From assembly GCA_015680685.1 (NCBI GenBank), contig MNCI01001939.1, forward strand, positions 80,563-144,562: a stretch of 64,000 nt of DNA. The letters are read 5' to 3'. This document shows, in pieces, positions 34,848 through 47,800 of the stretch. The stretch is from Gnetum montanum. Lineage: Eukaryota; Plantae; Gnetophyta. A model generated the notes under the pieces. It saw nothing but the letters and a program-made list of their open reading frames with translations. It had not been told where the DNA came from and searched no databases. A program made the translations under genes and the position numbers. Each line of letters opens with the position of its first letter. The first letter of the stretch is position 1.

Positions 34848-37800
34848 TATGAGGTGTGTTGTTAATTTTAAGTATAAGACACCTTCACTTTATAATAGTT
34901 GCCATGTTGGCAAATTATTCTTGGCATGTTGGCTCAAAATAACAAATCCAAAATATGTAATATGAAAAAAGAATATGTAATCATTGACACCCCAAGATAT
35001 ATAGTCCAATTAGAACTTTACATACCTCAACATTGCCCATTAGAATCAAACCCATAACATGAAACTTCCAAATCAAGTGTCTTACAACTAGGCTAACACC
35101 TCATTGTTCATTAATACCAAATTTGACCATGATTATTTATGGATTATAACTCCATAATTGACATTTACCCAAAGCATGACATTATGCCCACTATAAAACT
35201 AGATCCTTGGGGTGGTCTTATCACATCATCATCATAAATTAAAGGATGTGTGCATCAACACCAAAGCAAAGGGTATGTGAAGCAAATTCAAGTTGTAGTG
35301 TCTTCCTCTTGTGTAAGCTTGATTTAAGCTTATTATAAGTCTCAAAGTAAGAAGGCTTGGATTTCTAAGGGTTGCTAGAGTTGAAACAATTGCTATAATT
35401 TCTCTAGGACAATTATGTTGTCTACCTTGAAGTTATTCTCTATTTTTTAAAAAATAATAATAATTTTTACTATTGCTATTTGCTTGTTTACACTTCTCCT
35501 ACTTTAATGATGCATTAAAAATTAACATATGATATTAGAGTCTCAATTTTGCTAGTTAAGCTTGTTCTGGGACTTATAATTCATTACGTATGAGTGTTTC
35601 AAGATGATGAGTGGTGCTAAGTACATTGAAGAAATTGAATAGCTCAATGGCAACAACTACACTCTTTGGAAGCTCAGGATGAAAGATTTCTTGATTTAAA
35701 TAAAACATGATGTATGCATCATTGGAATTAAACTAGAGAACATGAAAGCTAAAGACTAGAATCAATTAGATTGTTTGGCTTTGGGGATAATTTGTAGACA
35801 TATTTCTAATTTTTCACTTATAAATTTATAAGATGAAAAGATTGCAAAGGGATTATAGGATGCTATGGGTAAGATATCAATCTAGTTCTTACTCAAATAA
35901 ACTACCTTTTAAAAGGCAATTATTGTTGTTAAAGAGATCTGAAAATAATACTATTGCATCTCATCTTACTACTTTTCATACTATACTAAGCCAATTGTAA
36001 TCAATTGGTAGTAAAATGAAAAAAGAAAAAAAAAAGAAATTAATGTATTGCCTTGTTACAATCACTTTCTGATTCATGGGACAATATTTTTCAAAATATT
36101 ACTAGTATAAATACCTCTTTAAAATTTGATGAAGTTGTAGGGTGGCTAATAACTGAAAAACTTTGAAGAAAGTGCTCTAAGCATGCACCTATTAAAATAT
36201 CGGTAATTAAAGGACTAGGAAAATAGTAATTAGGTAAATTCTAATAAGAATAATTCCAAATTCAAGAAAGTTGGAAATGATTCTTTCAAGAGAAAACTTA
36301 AGTGTTGGAACTACAAGAAGCATGACCACTTGAAGAAGGATTACAAATTTTTGAAGAAAAAGGAGAAAGAGGTTGGATCTACTTCCTCTAAGAAAGATGT
36401 TGATGAAGAAATACTAGACTTGTGTGCAATCATAACTAGAGGTAACTCTAATTGTAGTTAATAATATATTGATTTAGATGTTTCATATAGCTTTACACCT
36501 AGAAGAGAATGGTTTTTTGAATTCGATGAAGCTATGTCTACTCCTGTTTTTCTTGGGAAGGATGAAACTTGTATAGTTAAGGGCTATGGTAAAGTAAAAT
36601 TGTCCTATAATTGTAGAATAATTATAATTCCTAAAGTATATCATGTCTCCGAGCTCATCAAAAACTTATTTTCACTGACTAATTTTGATGATTTTCACTT
36701 GTTTGCATTTTTTGGAAATAAGAGATGTAGAATTTTGCAGTGAAAATTTATCATAGCCATAGGATATAGAGAAGGAAGTGGGAGACTATACTAGCAAGAT
36801 GGTGTTATAGTGGCTGATAAAGGTGAAGTCCTTCATGCATGGAAAGAGAACTTCACCATGAATCTATGGCATAGAAGACTTGGACATGTGTGAGAGAAGT
36901 CCATTCAAATTCTCCAAGAAAAAGGTATAAGTAAAGGTAATGCCCAAGATCATTTACCTCCATGTGAAGATCACTTGAATAGAAAACAACATTGTTTGAG
37001 CTTTCCTACAAGTATTCAAAGAGCTAAAAGCACATTGGGTTTAGTTCATAGTGATGTGTTTGGTCATGTTTCGATAACTTCACTTGCTAGTTCTCAATAT
37101 TATGTCTTCTTCATATATAATTATTCTGGGAAAGCATGGCTTTACTTCCTAAAATTCAAATATGAAGTCTTTGATAAATGCAAGGAATATAAAGTTCTTG
37201 TTGAGAACCAATCAAACAAAAGAATTAAAGCTCTTAGAATAAATAATGGTAGGAAATTTTGTTCAAATGAATTAAAGAAATTTTGCAAGACTCATGGTAT
37301 TTTTAGGTAAAAGAGCATTCCATGCACTCCATAGCAAAATGGAGTTGCAAAATGAATGAATATAACACTCTTGGAATGAGCTTGATGTATGTTGAGTGAT
37401 GCTAGTCTTGAAAAGAAATATGCGAGCTTGCTAATTAATCAATAGAATGCCCTCATCATCACTGGATGGCAGAATCCTATAAGAGATATGGTCTAGCAAG
37501 AAAGTTTCATTAGATCATTTAGGAGTATATGGGAGTATAGTTTATTGTCATGTGCCTAAAGAATTTAGGTCTAAATTAGATTATAAATTTAATAAATGTA
37601 ATTCTTGTTGGATATGGCCATGGGGTAAAAGGATATAAGCTATGGAATCCTTATGATGACAAAATTGTTTATAGTACAGATGTGGTGTTTAGGGAATCTT
37701 CTTAACCTAATGAAGTTGATGAAGAGATTCCAGAAAAAGCCCACTATAATATTGACCAAGAATCAATTGCAAAAAAAGTTGATGATGAATCTAATGTCAA

Positions 37801-39508
37801 GGAAGATCTATCTCAAAAAGATCAATCATTAAGAAGGTCAAGTTAGGTAAGATGAACACTTTAGTATTTAGATTCATATGTTTTGTGTATTAGTGATGCT
37901 CCTCAAACTTATAAAGAAGCTTGCAATTCAAAAGTTAGTGAAGCTTGGAAAATTGCTATTAATGAGGAAATGTAATCACTAATGAAAAACAAGAAATAAC
38001 TTGTTGAACTTCCTCAAGAAATCACTAAGCTAAAATGTTGGTTGTCATCTCAATTTGAGATGAAGAACCTTGGTATCACAAGGAAAATCTTGGACATTAA
38101 AATTAAAAGAGATAGAAAAGGTCAAAAGCTATGGCTTGGTCAATCTGCATATGTTAATAAAGCTAATATGTAGGATTGTAAGCCAATAAACACTCCATTA
38201 TTTGTGGGCATGAAATTATCCATGGAGCAATGCCTTGAAACAAATGAAAAATGAAGGAAATGAGCAAAATTCTCTATGCTAATGTTGTAGGCATCCTCAT
38301 GTATACAATGGTCTCTACTAGGCTTGATATTGCATAGGCAATGGGAACTATAAGCATATTTATATTTAATCCTGGTAAGGAACTTGGATGACTATTACAA
38401 AAGTTCTTAGCTTTTTTCGATGTACTATTAGTTTTGTCATCTACTATGAGAAAAGTTCCTTTGGATAGCATGGCTTTGTGGATGTAGATTGGGGAGGTGA
38501 TCTAGATCACTGAAAAATCCATAAATAAATATGTTTTTAAAATAAAAAAAGTGTGGTTATTTGGATCAACAAGAGACAATGTTATGTTGCATTATCACCA
38601 ACAAAGATGAGTATGTAGCAGCTTCTCAAGCAAGCAAGGAAGTAGTTTGGCTACAACGATTAGTCAAAGATTGTGGTCAAAAGCAAAAAAAAGTTAAACA
38701 TTTTTTATGACAATCAAAGTGCAATCTTCCTATCAAACAATCTTAGGTTCCATGAAAGGATAAAACATATTGATATAAACTACCATTTCATTCAAGATCA
38801 AATTGAAAAAGTAAGAATTTCTCTGGTAAAGGTTCCTACATTGGAAAACCCAGCAGACATGTTGACCAAGGTAATTTTTGTGGACAAGTTCAACTAGTGC
38901 AAAAGAGAACTTGGATTAGTAAATTGTGAAATGTAATAGTTTTTCTTAGCCATAATGCCTTAAAATAAACAAGTGGGAGAATTGTGGGGTGTGTTGTTAA
39001 TTTTAAGTATAAGATACCTTCACTTTGTAACAGTTACCATATTGGCAAATCATTCTTGGCATGTTGGTTGAAAATAACAAAGCCAAAGTATGTAATATGA
39101 CAAAAGAATATGTAACCATTAACACCTAATTTGGCGATGATTATTTATGGATTAGAACTCCATAATTGGGCTTTTACCTAATACATGACATTATGCCCAA
39201 TATATAAGTGGGTGCTTAGATGGTCTTATCACATCATCATTAGAAAGCAAAGGGTATGTGCATCAACACCAAAGCAAAGGGTGTATGAAGTAAATTCAAG
39301 TTACACTCTCTTCTTCTTGTGTAAGCTTGATTTAAGTTTGTTGTAACTCTCAAAGTAAAAGATTGGATTTCTAAGGCTTGCTAGGGAACTTATCCAGGAT
39401 AATTATGTTGTTTGCTTTAAAGTTATTCTCATAATTTCTATTAATTTTTGCTGCTACTACTTTCTTATTTACATTTCTCCTACTTTAATATTGCATTAAA
39501 AATTAACA
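34848..39508 (+). mobile_element. Degenerate full-length Ty1/copia with the RT core deleted; LTRs 34848-35527 and 38983-39508; TSD GTTTT/GTTTC
   Basis: Paired LTRs, decayed PBS-Met at about 35530-35541, PPT AAGTGGGAGA. Gag LNGNNYTLWKLRM, LWHRRLGH, integrase LVHSDVFG, FEMKNLG, RNase H HERIKHID and NPADMLTK. VELPQ joins directly to EITKLK, so YVDD is absent. Confidence 0.93.
34992..35108 (-). mobile_element. tRNA-derived SINE-like repeat, copy 3, inserted in the Copia 5' LTR with a 10-bp TSD
   Basis: Absent from the 3' LTR. Flanked by CATTGACACC and CATTAATACC; the empty site in the 3' LTR reads CATTAACACC. Confidence 0.8.
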
Positions 39509-39669
39509 GTTTCTAAGATTAAATAAACAAATTGCATAAACTTAACAAGTTAACAGTGCATGTGCTACCAACAGCAACTGCAGCCCTTATACATAAGAGA
39601 TATAACCACATATTTTTGTTGTTTGACATAAGAGATATAACTGACCGTCAATTTATATAAATTTCTCAA

Positions 39670-39930
39670 GAAGGTGGAGACTTCTCTAAAGTCAATCTGA
39701 AATCTTTTTTCCACCTGTAAATAAAGAAAATTGATGTTTTCCAATTAGCTAGTTTGGATTACAGCTTTGGACATTGACATTTAGTGTTGAAAGTTCCACG
39801 CCCTGGGATCAAGAAAGTGGAGACTTCTCTAAAGCCTATCTGAATATTTTTGCGTATGTAAATGATGTTCTCCAGTTACCCAGTTTGGACAACGACATTT
39901 ATACTTGAAAGTTTCACACACGAGGATCTA
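39670..39930. repeat. Degenerate tandem repeat, period about 143 bp
   Basis: GTGGAGACTTCTCTAAAG and GACATTTA...TTGAAAGTT each occur twice. Confidence 0.7.
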
Positions 39931-40155
39931 TAATGTTTCTCATACAGCAAAAAAATTTACATTTACAGAGAAAAATAAGGGTGGGCAGCAACAAGAATGC
40001 TGGACAAGTAACAAATGCAGAAGCAAAAATGGAAGACTTGTTAGGTATTTTCACATTTTCTGAATTTACTTGTAAAACGATAACTACAAGGGGAAATGAT
40101 TAACTTTTGTGTGCAAAATTACAATTTGAGTGGATAAAAAAAAGGATTTTGACTT

Positions 40156-40793
40156 TGATGAAGTGCTCATCAATGCGTCAACTGGGCCTTATATGGAGGC
40201 CCGTATACGGGGTTGTACTGACGTGGCCCTGTCCACGCATCCTTCAACCTGGCCTCCTTGACGCATCTACATGGCCTCGTCCTTGTTTACGTAGAGTTTG
40301 TTCTCGCTGTAAATAAGTGTCGTTCCGCCACACTTAGGCATATGTTTGAGTAGTTGTAGCCAGACTCTTGCAGATTGTTCTTGCAAGAGTTAGAATATTT
40401 TAGAAGTGCCCGTGAGAGAAAGGTGTCTGGCTCTTTATTCGAGCCTTAATGTAGTTGAGCCCATTCGCTTAAGCTTTTTAAGTTTTGCAACATTTGTAGC
40501 TTTTTAAGCATTTAAATAGTTTAATATTTCTATGCTTTAATAATTCTTTAAGTTATCATTATTGCTCTTTCCCAACACTTCGCAACCCAGTGATGGTTAA
40601 CATCTAGTAGCCCAGTGGTCAGGGATGTTCAGAATGTGAATGTGTACGGAAGATAGGATCGGTTGGGAAGACAACGACGGTTCTAATACAAGGTTTTCCT
40701 GGCTAGCTGCGGAATTCGACCAAGTTGTGTGTAAACACCCATGGTGGTGTGTGAACGCCCGTAATTCATATGGTTGAACGTATAAACTTATTC
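40156..40793 (+). mobile_element. Diverged solo LTR related to the Athila-like family
   Basis: Starts TGATGA. 3' part CTGCGGAATTCGACC...GTGTG...ATTCATATGGTTGA matches the LTR ends at 15280-15335 and 6290-6340. No TSD found. Confidence 0.6.
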
Positions 40794-41586
40794 AAAATTA
40801 TCTCAAATTTTAAGACCAAATTAGCATGGGAAGAATTTCTCTTTTGCCGCCTAATCGTTTCTATTGCTCTTTGACGCTTTAAGCACTGCCGTTGTGTAAA
40901 ATTATACATTCATAGAAAGTTAAACACACACCGGATTTTGCTGTACACAAACCAGATTGAATGCAATGTCAAACTGTCCAGTACAATTCTATTTGCACGC
41001 CACAGTAGGTTGTCAGTAAGTCTGGCCCTTAAAATTTACTATGGAGTTTTTAAGTTGTGACAATGACATCTGAATGGTTCTTTCACATAATTTATTATAC
41101 CATATTTGTTTAGTACAGCTGTGATTGGACTTCGGATACTTCAGGCCATGTACTTGGATTTTCGCTTAACCAAACCCATCAGGGCTTTTTTCCTGGATTC
41201 AAAAGCGTAAGATTTTCAAATAAGAAGAATTGTACACGGGTCCCTGAAGATTTTTTCCAGGCATTGTAATAATAATTACAGCTGAAGTGCTTAAGTTAAT
41301 TCTGGTATATTTAATATAAATTTTAAACGAAAGGTCTTCTATCTTTGAAAGGATGAAAAAATGAACTTTTGCTTGTATCCATGGACTAAGAGGTTCACAA
41401 AAAGAAACTCAAAGTTCTTTGAAATGAATTAGCTTGAACTGAATTTCGCATAAATAGTGAATCTCCCCTATAGATTTAGGAATCTATAGATTCCTATATC
41501 TCTCAAACCTCCTATTCATCTATAATAAAGAGGTTACAAAAGATTGAATTTATAAGCTATTGCACAAAAGGTACAGCCAATTGGCA

Positions 41587-43791
41587 TTAGATTCCTAGGA
41601 AGCCAAAGAACATTTGGAAAGGCTCCCATAAAAAGTAAAGAGCCCAAGTCCCACCAAATGCAAGTTCAAATCCCAAACCCAATGCAATCATAGACATCTT
41701 ATCTTCTAACTTATCAATCCATGTCTTCTGTACCTGTTCTTGCTCTGTATTTCTTCCACCTTTGAGATGCTCTTTTACTTGACATGCATGCTGGGGAGAA
41801 TAGCCACAAAGGCATTTATTCCCCTGAAAACAAGTTTCATTGTTTTCATCAAATGTGTTGAATTGATACCAGTTTGAGTGCTTCCAAACAGAAGATTATT
41901 AGATACATTGAATGAAATCAGAAATGTCAACTTAAGAAACTCTGAAAGAATGCCTCCTGTCAATTGTTGGAGTTCAAGTCAAGCTCTTCTAGATTGCTCA
42001 TGTTTGAGATGCTTGATGGTATTTTCCCTTCTAACATATTGTGCGAGAAATTCAAGAGTCTCAACCCATTCAGCATTCCAATAGAATCGGAAATTTGTTC
42101 TTTTAAATTATTGTTTGAGAGATCAATCACACGGTTGCCCCAGGGCATCCCTCGCCTGGGAAGTTCCAAACCCTTTTCCATCAACATTATATCTGCATAT
42201 AAAGTCTCCTTCTCCAGTGTTACCGAAAGAGAATCCATAAAAGTCAGATTTGGATACAAAGTGAATCCTGCCAGTCTTTTGAAATTGTCTAGAATTCTAA
42301 CTTGGAATTTATTGTTGGACAAATCTAAAACAAGAAAATTTGTCAGATTGGATATCCAGTGTGGAATGAACCCCTCGAAATTGTTAACACCCAAGTCTAA
42401 TATCATCATATACTGCATTCTGCTTATATAATTTGGCAGCTGACCAGATAACCTGTTCCTTCTGAAATCCAAAAGGTACATTTTTGTACAGTGCCCCAGA
42501 GACTCTGGCAAAGGGCCTGAGAAATTATTAGAATGGGCAGTAATCATTTGCAGGGAAGACGGTAATTCAGCTTCCAATTCCCAATTCAAGGAATTGTTGA
42601 ACAATATTAAATGCTTCAAGTTTTTTAAATTGCCGAGGCTGGGAAGGTTTCCCTTGAAGCCATTTGAAGCCAAATCTAAAGTTTCCAGGGCAACAAGATT
42701 CGGGATTATATTAGCAAGTTCTCCCTTAAGACCGTTACCCTGAATTTCCAAATCTTGCAGCTGTGTCATGTTAGCCATGCATTGAGGAATTTGGCCACCC
42801 ACTTCGGTGTGATATAATACCAAGTTGGTAAGCTTGGTCAAACTGCAAAGCTCTTTAGGGATGCCGCCACCACCACCAACTTTCCCAGACAATGAAAGAT
42901 GTTGCAGAGATTGCATATACCTTATTTCTGATGGTATCTGACCACTGAAATTGCTTACTCTCAAGGACAGATTTCATCTTTGTGAGTTTCCAGAGCTTTG
43001 GTAGCTGCAGAATACCAATGAGGTTCCTCCCACCCACATTCAGCCATGTGAGCATGGTGAGGTTTTCAAACTTAGTGGGTAAACTGCCCACCAAATTATC
43101 TCCACTAATACCAAGTTGCTTCAGCTGACTGGGTTTTCCTAAATCTGGTGGAATGATGCCTGTGAAGTTATCATTTTCTGCTCCTCCTAATCTTAGATGC
43201 TGAAGGTGAGAGAGATTGCCCAAGAAAGAAGGAATGCTACATGAGTAGGCATTGTATTGCAAACTTAAGAATCTCAGCTCAGTGCATTTCCCCAAGCATT
43301 GAGGAAGCTCACCGACCAAGTTATTATGGCCGAGATGAAGCTTTTCAAAAGATGTGACATTAGCTATTGAACAGGGGATGTGACCTGACAAGCTGTTATG
43401 CTGTCAATATAATCTCACAAGAGAACTGCATCTACCCAAGCATGGAGGAATGCCACCCACAAGGAAATTATGAGAAAGATCAAGAATACGGAGGGGGGTG
43501 AGATTGCAAAGAGAATGAGAGAGGACTCCTGCCAGTTCAGCATCCTCTAGATTCAAAGAAATCACAGAAAAAGGAGGGCCAGAAGTGCATGAGACACCAT
43601 ACCATGAGAGTTTTGCAGACTCCAATTGGCCAAAATTCCATGCGGATCCTTTGTAATTTTGGATTTGAACGACAGCAGCAACTTTACTTATGTGCCTATT
43701 TTTGCATCTTCTTGAGGATAATTAAAGACCTGGCATATGAAACAGCCCAGGCATAAGCACATAGGAAGAATAACACACTTAGCCCTTTCAT
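41587..43791 (-). pseudogene. Intronless LRR receptor-like protein (RLP) pseudogene: signal peptide, LRR N-cap, about 20 LRRs, island domain, transmembrane segment, no kinase
   Basis: MKGLSVLFFLCAYAWAVS signal; LLSFKSKITKDP..W and WYGVSC cap; LxxLDLSxNxLxGxIP repeats; FQGNKCLCG; hydrophobic C-terminus. Frame breaks near 43700-43620, 43400 and 42960, and a stop at 41960. Confidence 0.9.
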
Positions 43792-44827
43792 TCTGCTTTA
43801 AACTTGCATAGATTCAGCAGAGCCTGCACATTCTGCTGTGTTATACAGAGTTTATCCATGGGAATTCCTGCAAATTTATCTGATAAGAGTCTATGGTGGA
43901 CCAAATCGTGGTCGTTAGATCCCTCCACCCGAGGTGCCATACTTGACCCAAGCAGAAATTCTATTTGTTACATGTGCATTGAAGGCAAATCATCCAAACC
44001 AAACTTGTAGATAGGCATGTTGAACCAGTAAAATATTGAAGTGGGTCCCTCCTTTTTTGGTGGTGCATATCACACTTCTGGGGTAAGAGTACACATTGTG
44101 TACAGCAGTTAAGTTAAGACCGATAAAGTTAGGCTATGAATTACCTTTTTACTTGCTGATTTTTCTTTTCTTTAGTGTGAACGCAAGAAAAAAAAAATAT
44201 CTGAGCCACTTGGGAGTGGGAAGGCAACCACTAGAAAAAAACCTCAAGTGGGTTAAAAACTAGAAACAAATTTTTGTACTTTGCAAAATTATTATTATTA
44301 CTACATACAATTATTTTAAGACATAGATATCATATGAATTAATATGTATTGAACACTATATTTCTCATGTCACCCATGGGGCCTAAATGAAGTATGAACT
44401 TTTTATAGATATTTCCTCTAAACTATTTTAAGAGTTGATTCTTCTAAATTTTATAAAGGTTACCCCATGTGATTGAAATAAGGCTAGGGCGATTATGATA
44501 ATCATGGTAAGTTTTTTTTAATGCATTGTAATAAATGTAAGAATAATTCAATATTAAAATAGCTCAACATCAATGTGAAATATTATTTGACTTGTTAGAA
44601 AACCTTGGGCAGGTGTGATTCCTAACAAGATGGTTATTGACACAACCAAACGTAAAAAAATAGTTTTATCGACCAATTTAATGTTAGGTTTTTTTATATT
44701 ATTAAAATATGCATGCATGTTTTAGATGCATCTCATATTGATTAAGCAACCGTTATTTGAGTCTATTACCTTCTTTGTCGGTAATTGAGGTTAATTTCTA
44801 ATTCAAGTTTAGATGTATCTTGAAAAC

Positions 44828-47800
44828 TATTGAGGCCAACATTGCCCATGCTAAGCACGAGGCCATGATCAACAATGTCTAGGTTAGAAGATGCAATTGA
44901 AATTATGGTGCATGTTGTGAAAACCAAAGAGAGGTTTGGCATAGCTAGTCAAGAAGCTAATGAAGAAAAGAGAAGATTGGAAGAAATGCTTAAAGAAGTT
45001 GGATGGCAAATCACTAGAAACACTGATCAATTCAAATGTTAGCAAGCCTCGACTGGAGTTTTATAAATGGACAAAAAAAAAAAGAAGGAATAGCTTGTAT
45101 GATTGCTCACTAGTTTTTTTGTGTGTCCAATTATAGGTTTACTACCAGATTCTTGGATAAAATACAAAAAACAACAGCATATATAGTAAATTGTATTTTT
45201 CTTTTTTAAAAATCCTAAAATGCAGGGATAATTTTAGCTTGTTGTAGGTATTTGTGGCCCTTGCAAGCAATTTTGATGGGAGGGTTGGAAAATATGGTCG
45301 TCAGACTGTAGATGAGTGGCATTAACACATAGGGGAGATGAAATGAGCGTAATTGTTGGGTGGTGGGTGAGACATGGTAGCTGACGTGCGATGGTGGGAG
45401 TTGGGAGTTATGCAGGAGTGGGTAGTGGGCATTTAAACTATCCAACGGGGGGCTATAAAGGCATCAAGGGGGCATTAGAACTGGGGAGAATGGGATTGAG
45501 GGGACTCCCCTTCAGAAGTAGCAACAATGCACCAGTGGACATCATCGACAACCTTTTCATCATGCATTGTAGTTGTGGCAACGGTGAGGTGATAGAAAGA
45601 TGCAAAGTGACACACAATGCTAGTAGACTGTGGTAGCTTCTAGCTTTCAATAGTCACGTCATTAGCTAAAAATGTCCATAGCAAGAGGCATGTGCAGCGA
45701 AACACCCTGCAAGTGGCACATGATGGCACCGCTTGGTAGCATTAGTTGATGGTAGTTGCTGCTACACATGTGCAGCAAGGCTAGCAATGTGGCGCGTGTG
45801 CATGGCAAGGGCATGTTTAGGAGGACGTAATGGTAGTTAATGGTAGGGTTCTCTTTTCTCTCTTTTCTCAGTAGAGGTAGGCACGTGTAGACAAAGTGTG
45901 GCATCAAAGCTGCAGTGACAACATGGCAGCATTAGCAGCAAGAGGATGCAACTACAAATGATAGTGTCTCTCTCCATTATAGGGCATGTGACTATAGTTA
46001 GCAGGCTCTCTCTCAGCTAGTGATGCATGCATGGCAGATGATGGCAGTAGTGGGGACAAGGAGTGGCAACACATTCACACAATGAGAACAATCTCACTCC
46101 CTCTTCCAAAGTTGTAGGCACAAGGTGGATGGCTACTGCAAGTGATCTCTCTCTCCTTCCTTTCACTATCTCTCTCCCTCTCCCTCTTTAGTGGTGGTTG
46201 GGGTTTTCTTGCCTAGTGGTGGGAACCTACGACAATGATGGACCAATAGCAATAGTAGGGGAGCAAGGAAAATGTACCTTTTTTCGTTAACTATTGTATT
46301 TGCATTAAGTTTTGGAATTCAAAACTGTTGTTAATTCAAATTCTCCAACTTTCACTTCCCTTTACCTTTTTTGCAATGTCACATAAACCTTCTCCAATTG
46401 AGACTATTCTTGGGTCTCCGTACCCATACGAGAGGTGCTTTAGGCAATAGTCTCTTCAAACAATTTTTTTCCTAGGTGTTGGTGTGTCCAAAATTTATGC
46501 ATCAACACCTTTTTGGTGCTAAAAGGAGAACCATTTTTTCAATTTTTTATTTTCTTATATCAGTTTCTTTTACCATTTTTCTTGTACCTATTTCATTTCT
46601 TGATTTTGTTTCAGAACTTGTTAAATTTTTTTTTGCTAAAATCTCTATTTTCGGCCCTTGTTTCAAAAAATCTTTTTAAAGAATTTTCAAGCCCTTTATT
46701 TTTTGATCTCAAAATTTCATTTTCTAAAAATTTTTAGGTCTCATCACCCATTTTTTAATCTTTTCTTAAAAACCCTCATTTCTAGTTCCATTTTCGAATT
46801 TGTGTTTTAGTGGTCCTTACTTGAGTCTTAACTTTGGTAAGGTGGTTTTATTTAATTATTCAATTTTAAATTTATTTTTTTGAAATTTTTCATTTTACTA
46901 TTTTCCTTTTAAATTATACAAATATTGCAATTTCATACATTTATTTTTTCTTTTAAACAAATATTTTTTATAAAATACCATATTTTAGTATTTTTTTCTT
47001 TGTCAAAAAATATGTTTATTATTGTAATATTTATTTTTTTAATTAATTTTATAGCTTTATTTTAATATTTATATTTTGTAATTTTTTGTTTTATGAGTCA
47101 ACTTGCCTCTACCCATAACCAACCAACTACTTGTTACTTTACATTGAGGAAACAATAAACTTCATGTTTCCCAAGTTCTTCTATTTCTAGGAGAACTCAG
47201 ACTAAGATGGTAACCATTCAACCCCCATCTCCCTTGGTGAGCAATCCCTTTAACTTTACTAACTATCATGACATCCCAAAATCCTTCTAGAACATAAACT
47301 TATTATTTAATCCCACAACCCCTGCTAGTGATGCCCACCAACACATACAATGTTTTAAAACCTTATTAGGGATCCATACCATTATATAAAATAACATAGT
47401 ATGTAGGGTATTTGTGACAACTTTTAGGAGCAAAGCCATCTAATGGTTTTTGATTCTTCCTAATGTTTCCATTGACTCTTGGAAGGAGTTTAAAAATAAG
47501 TTTCTAATTCAATTCGACAAGTTCACAAGCCATGCCATAGTGTCAAGTAACTTCACAAGTTTAAGAAAGCTACATGGGGAAAATGTTCAGGACTACAACT
47601 TATGATTTCTTTATCAACTTGCCTATGTGTCAAATGAGATGTGTCCACAACTTGATGACATCCTTAATTTTTATTTGTCCACCACTGACCCATTCTTTGC
47701 CTATGCCATCAAATATGGTTCCAACATAATGGAAATATAGGAAGTGATGGCTAAAGTCATGGAGTTAGAACAAATTACTCTCATGAATAGTATTCAAAAC

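Noticed and set aside
34312-35108. Functional tRNA genes
   Set aside because: A and B boxes are present but there is no cloverleaf; multi-copy with a TSD, so SINE-like.
41964-42431. 155-aa plus-strand ORF
   Set aside because: Antisense shadow of the LRR coding strand.
46476-46737. Hydrophobic membrane-protein-like ORFs (also 55744-55965, 56774-57028, 59206-59403)
   Set aside because: Translations of T-rich retroelement UTRs or antisense of purine-rich gag.
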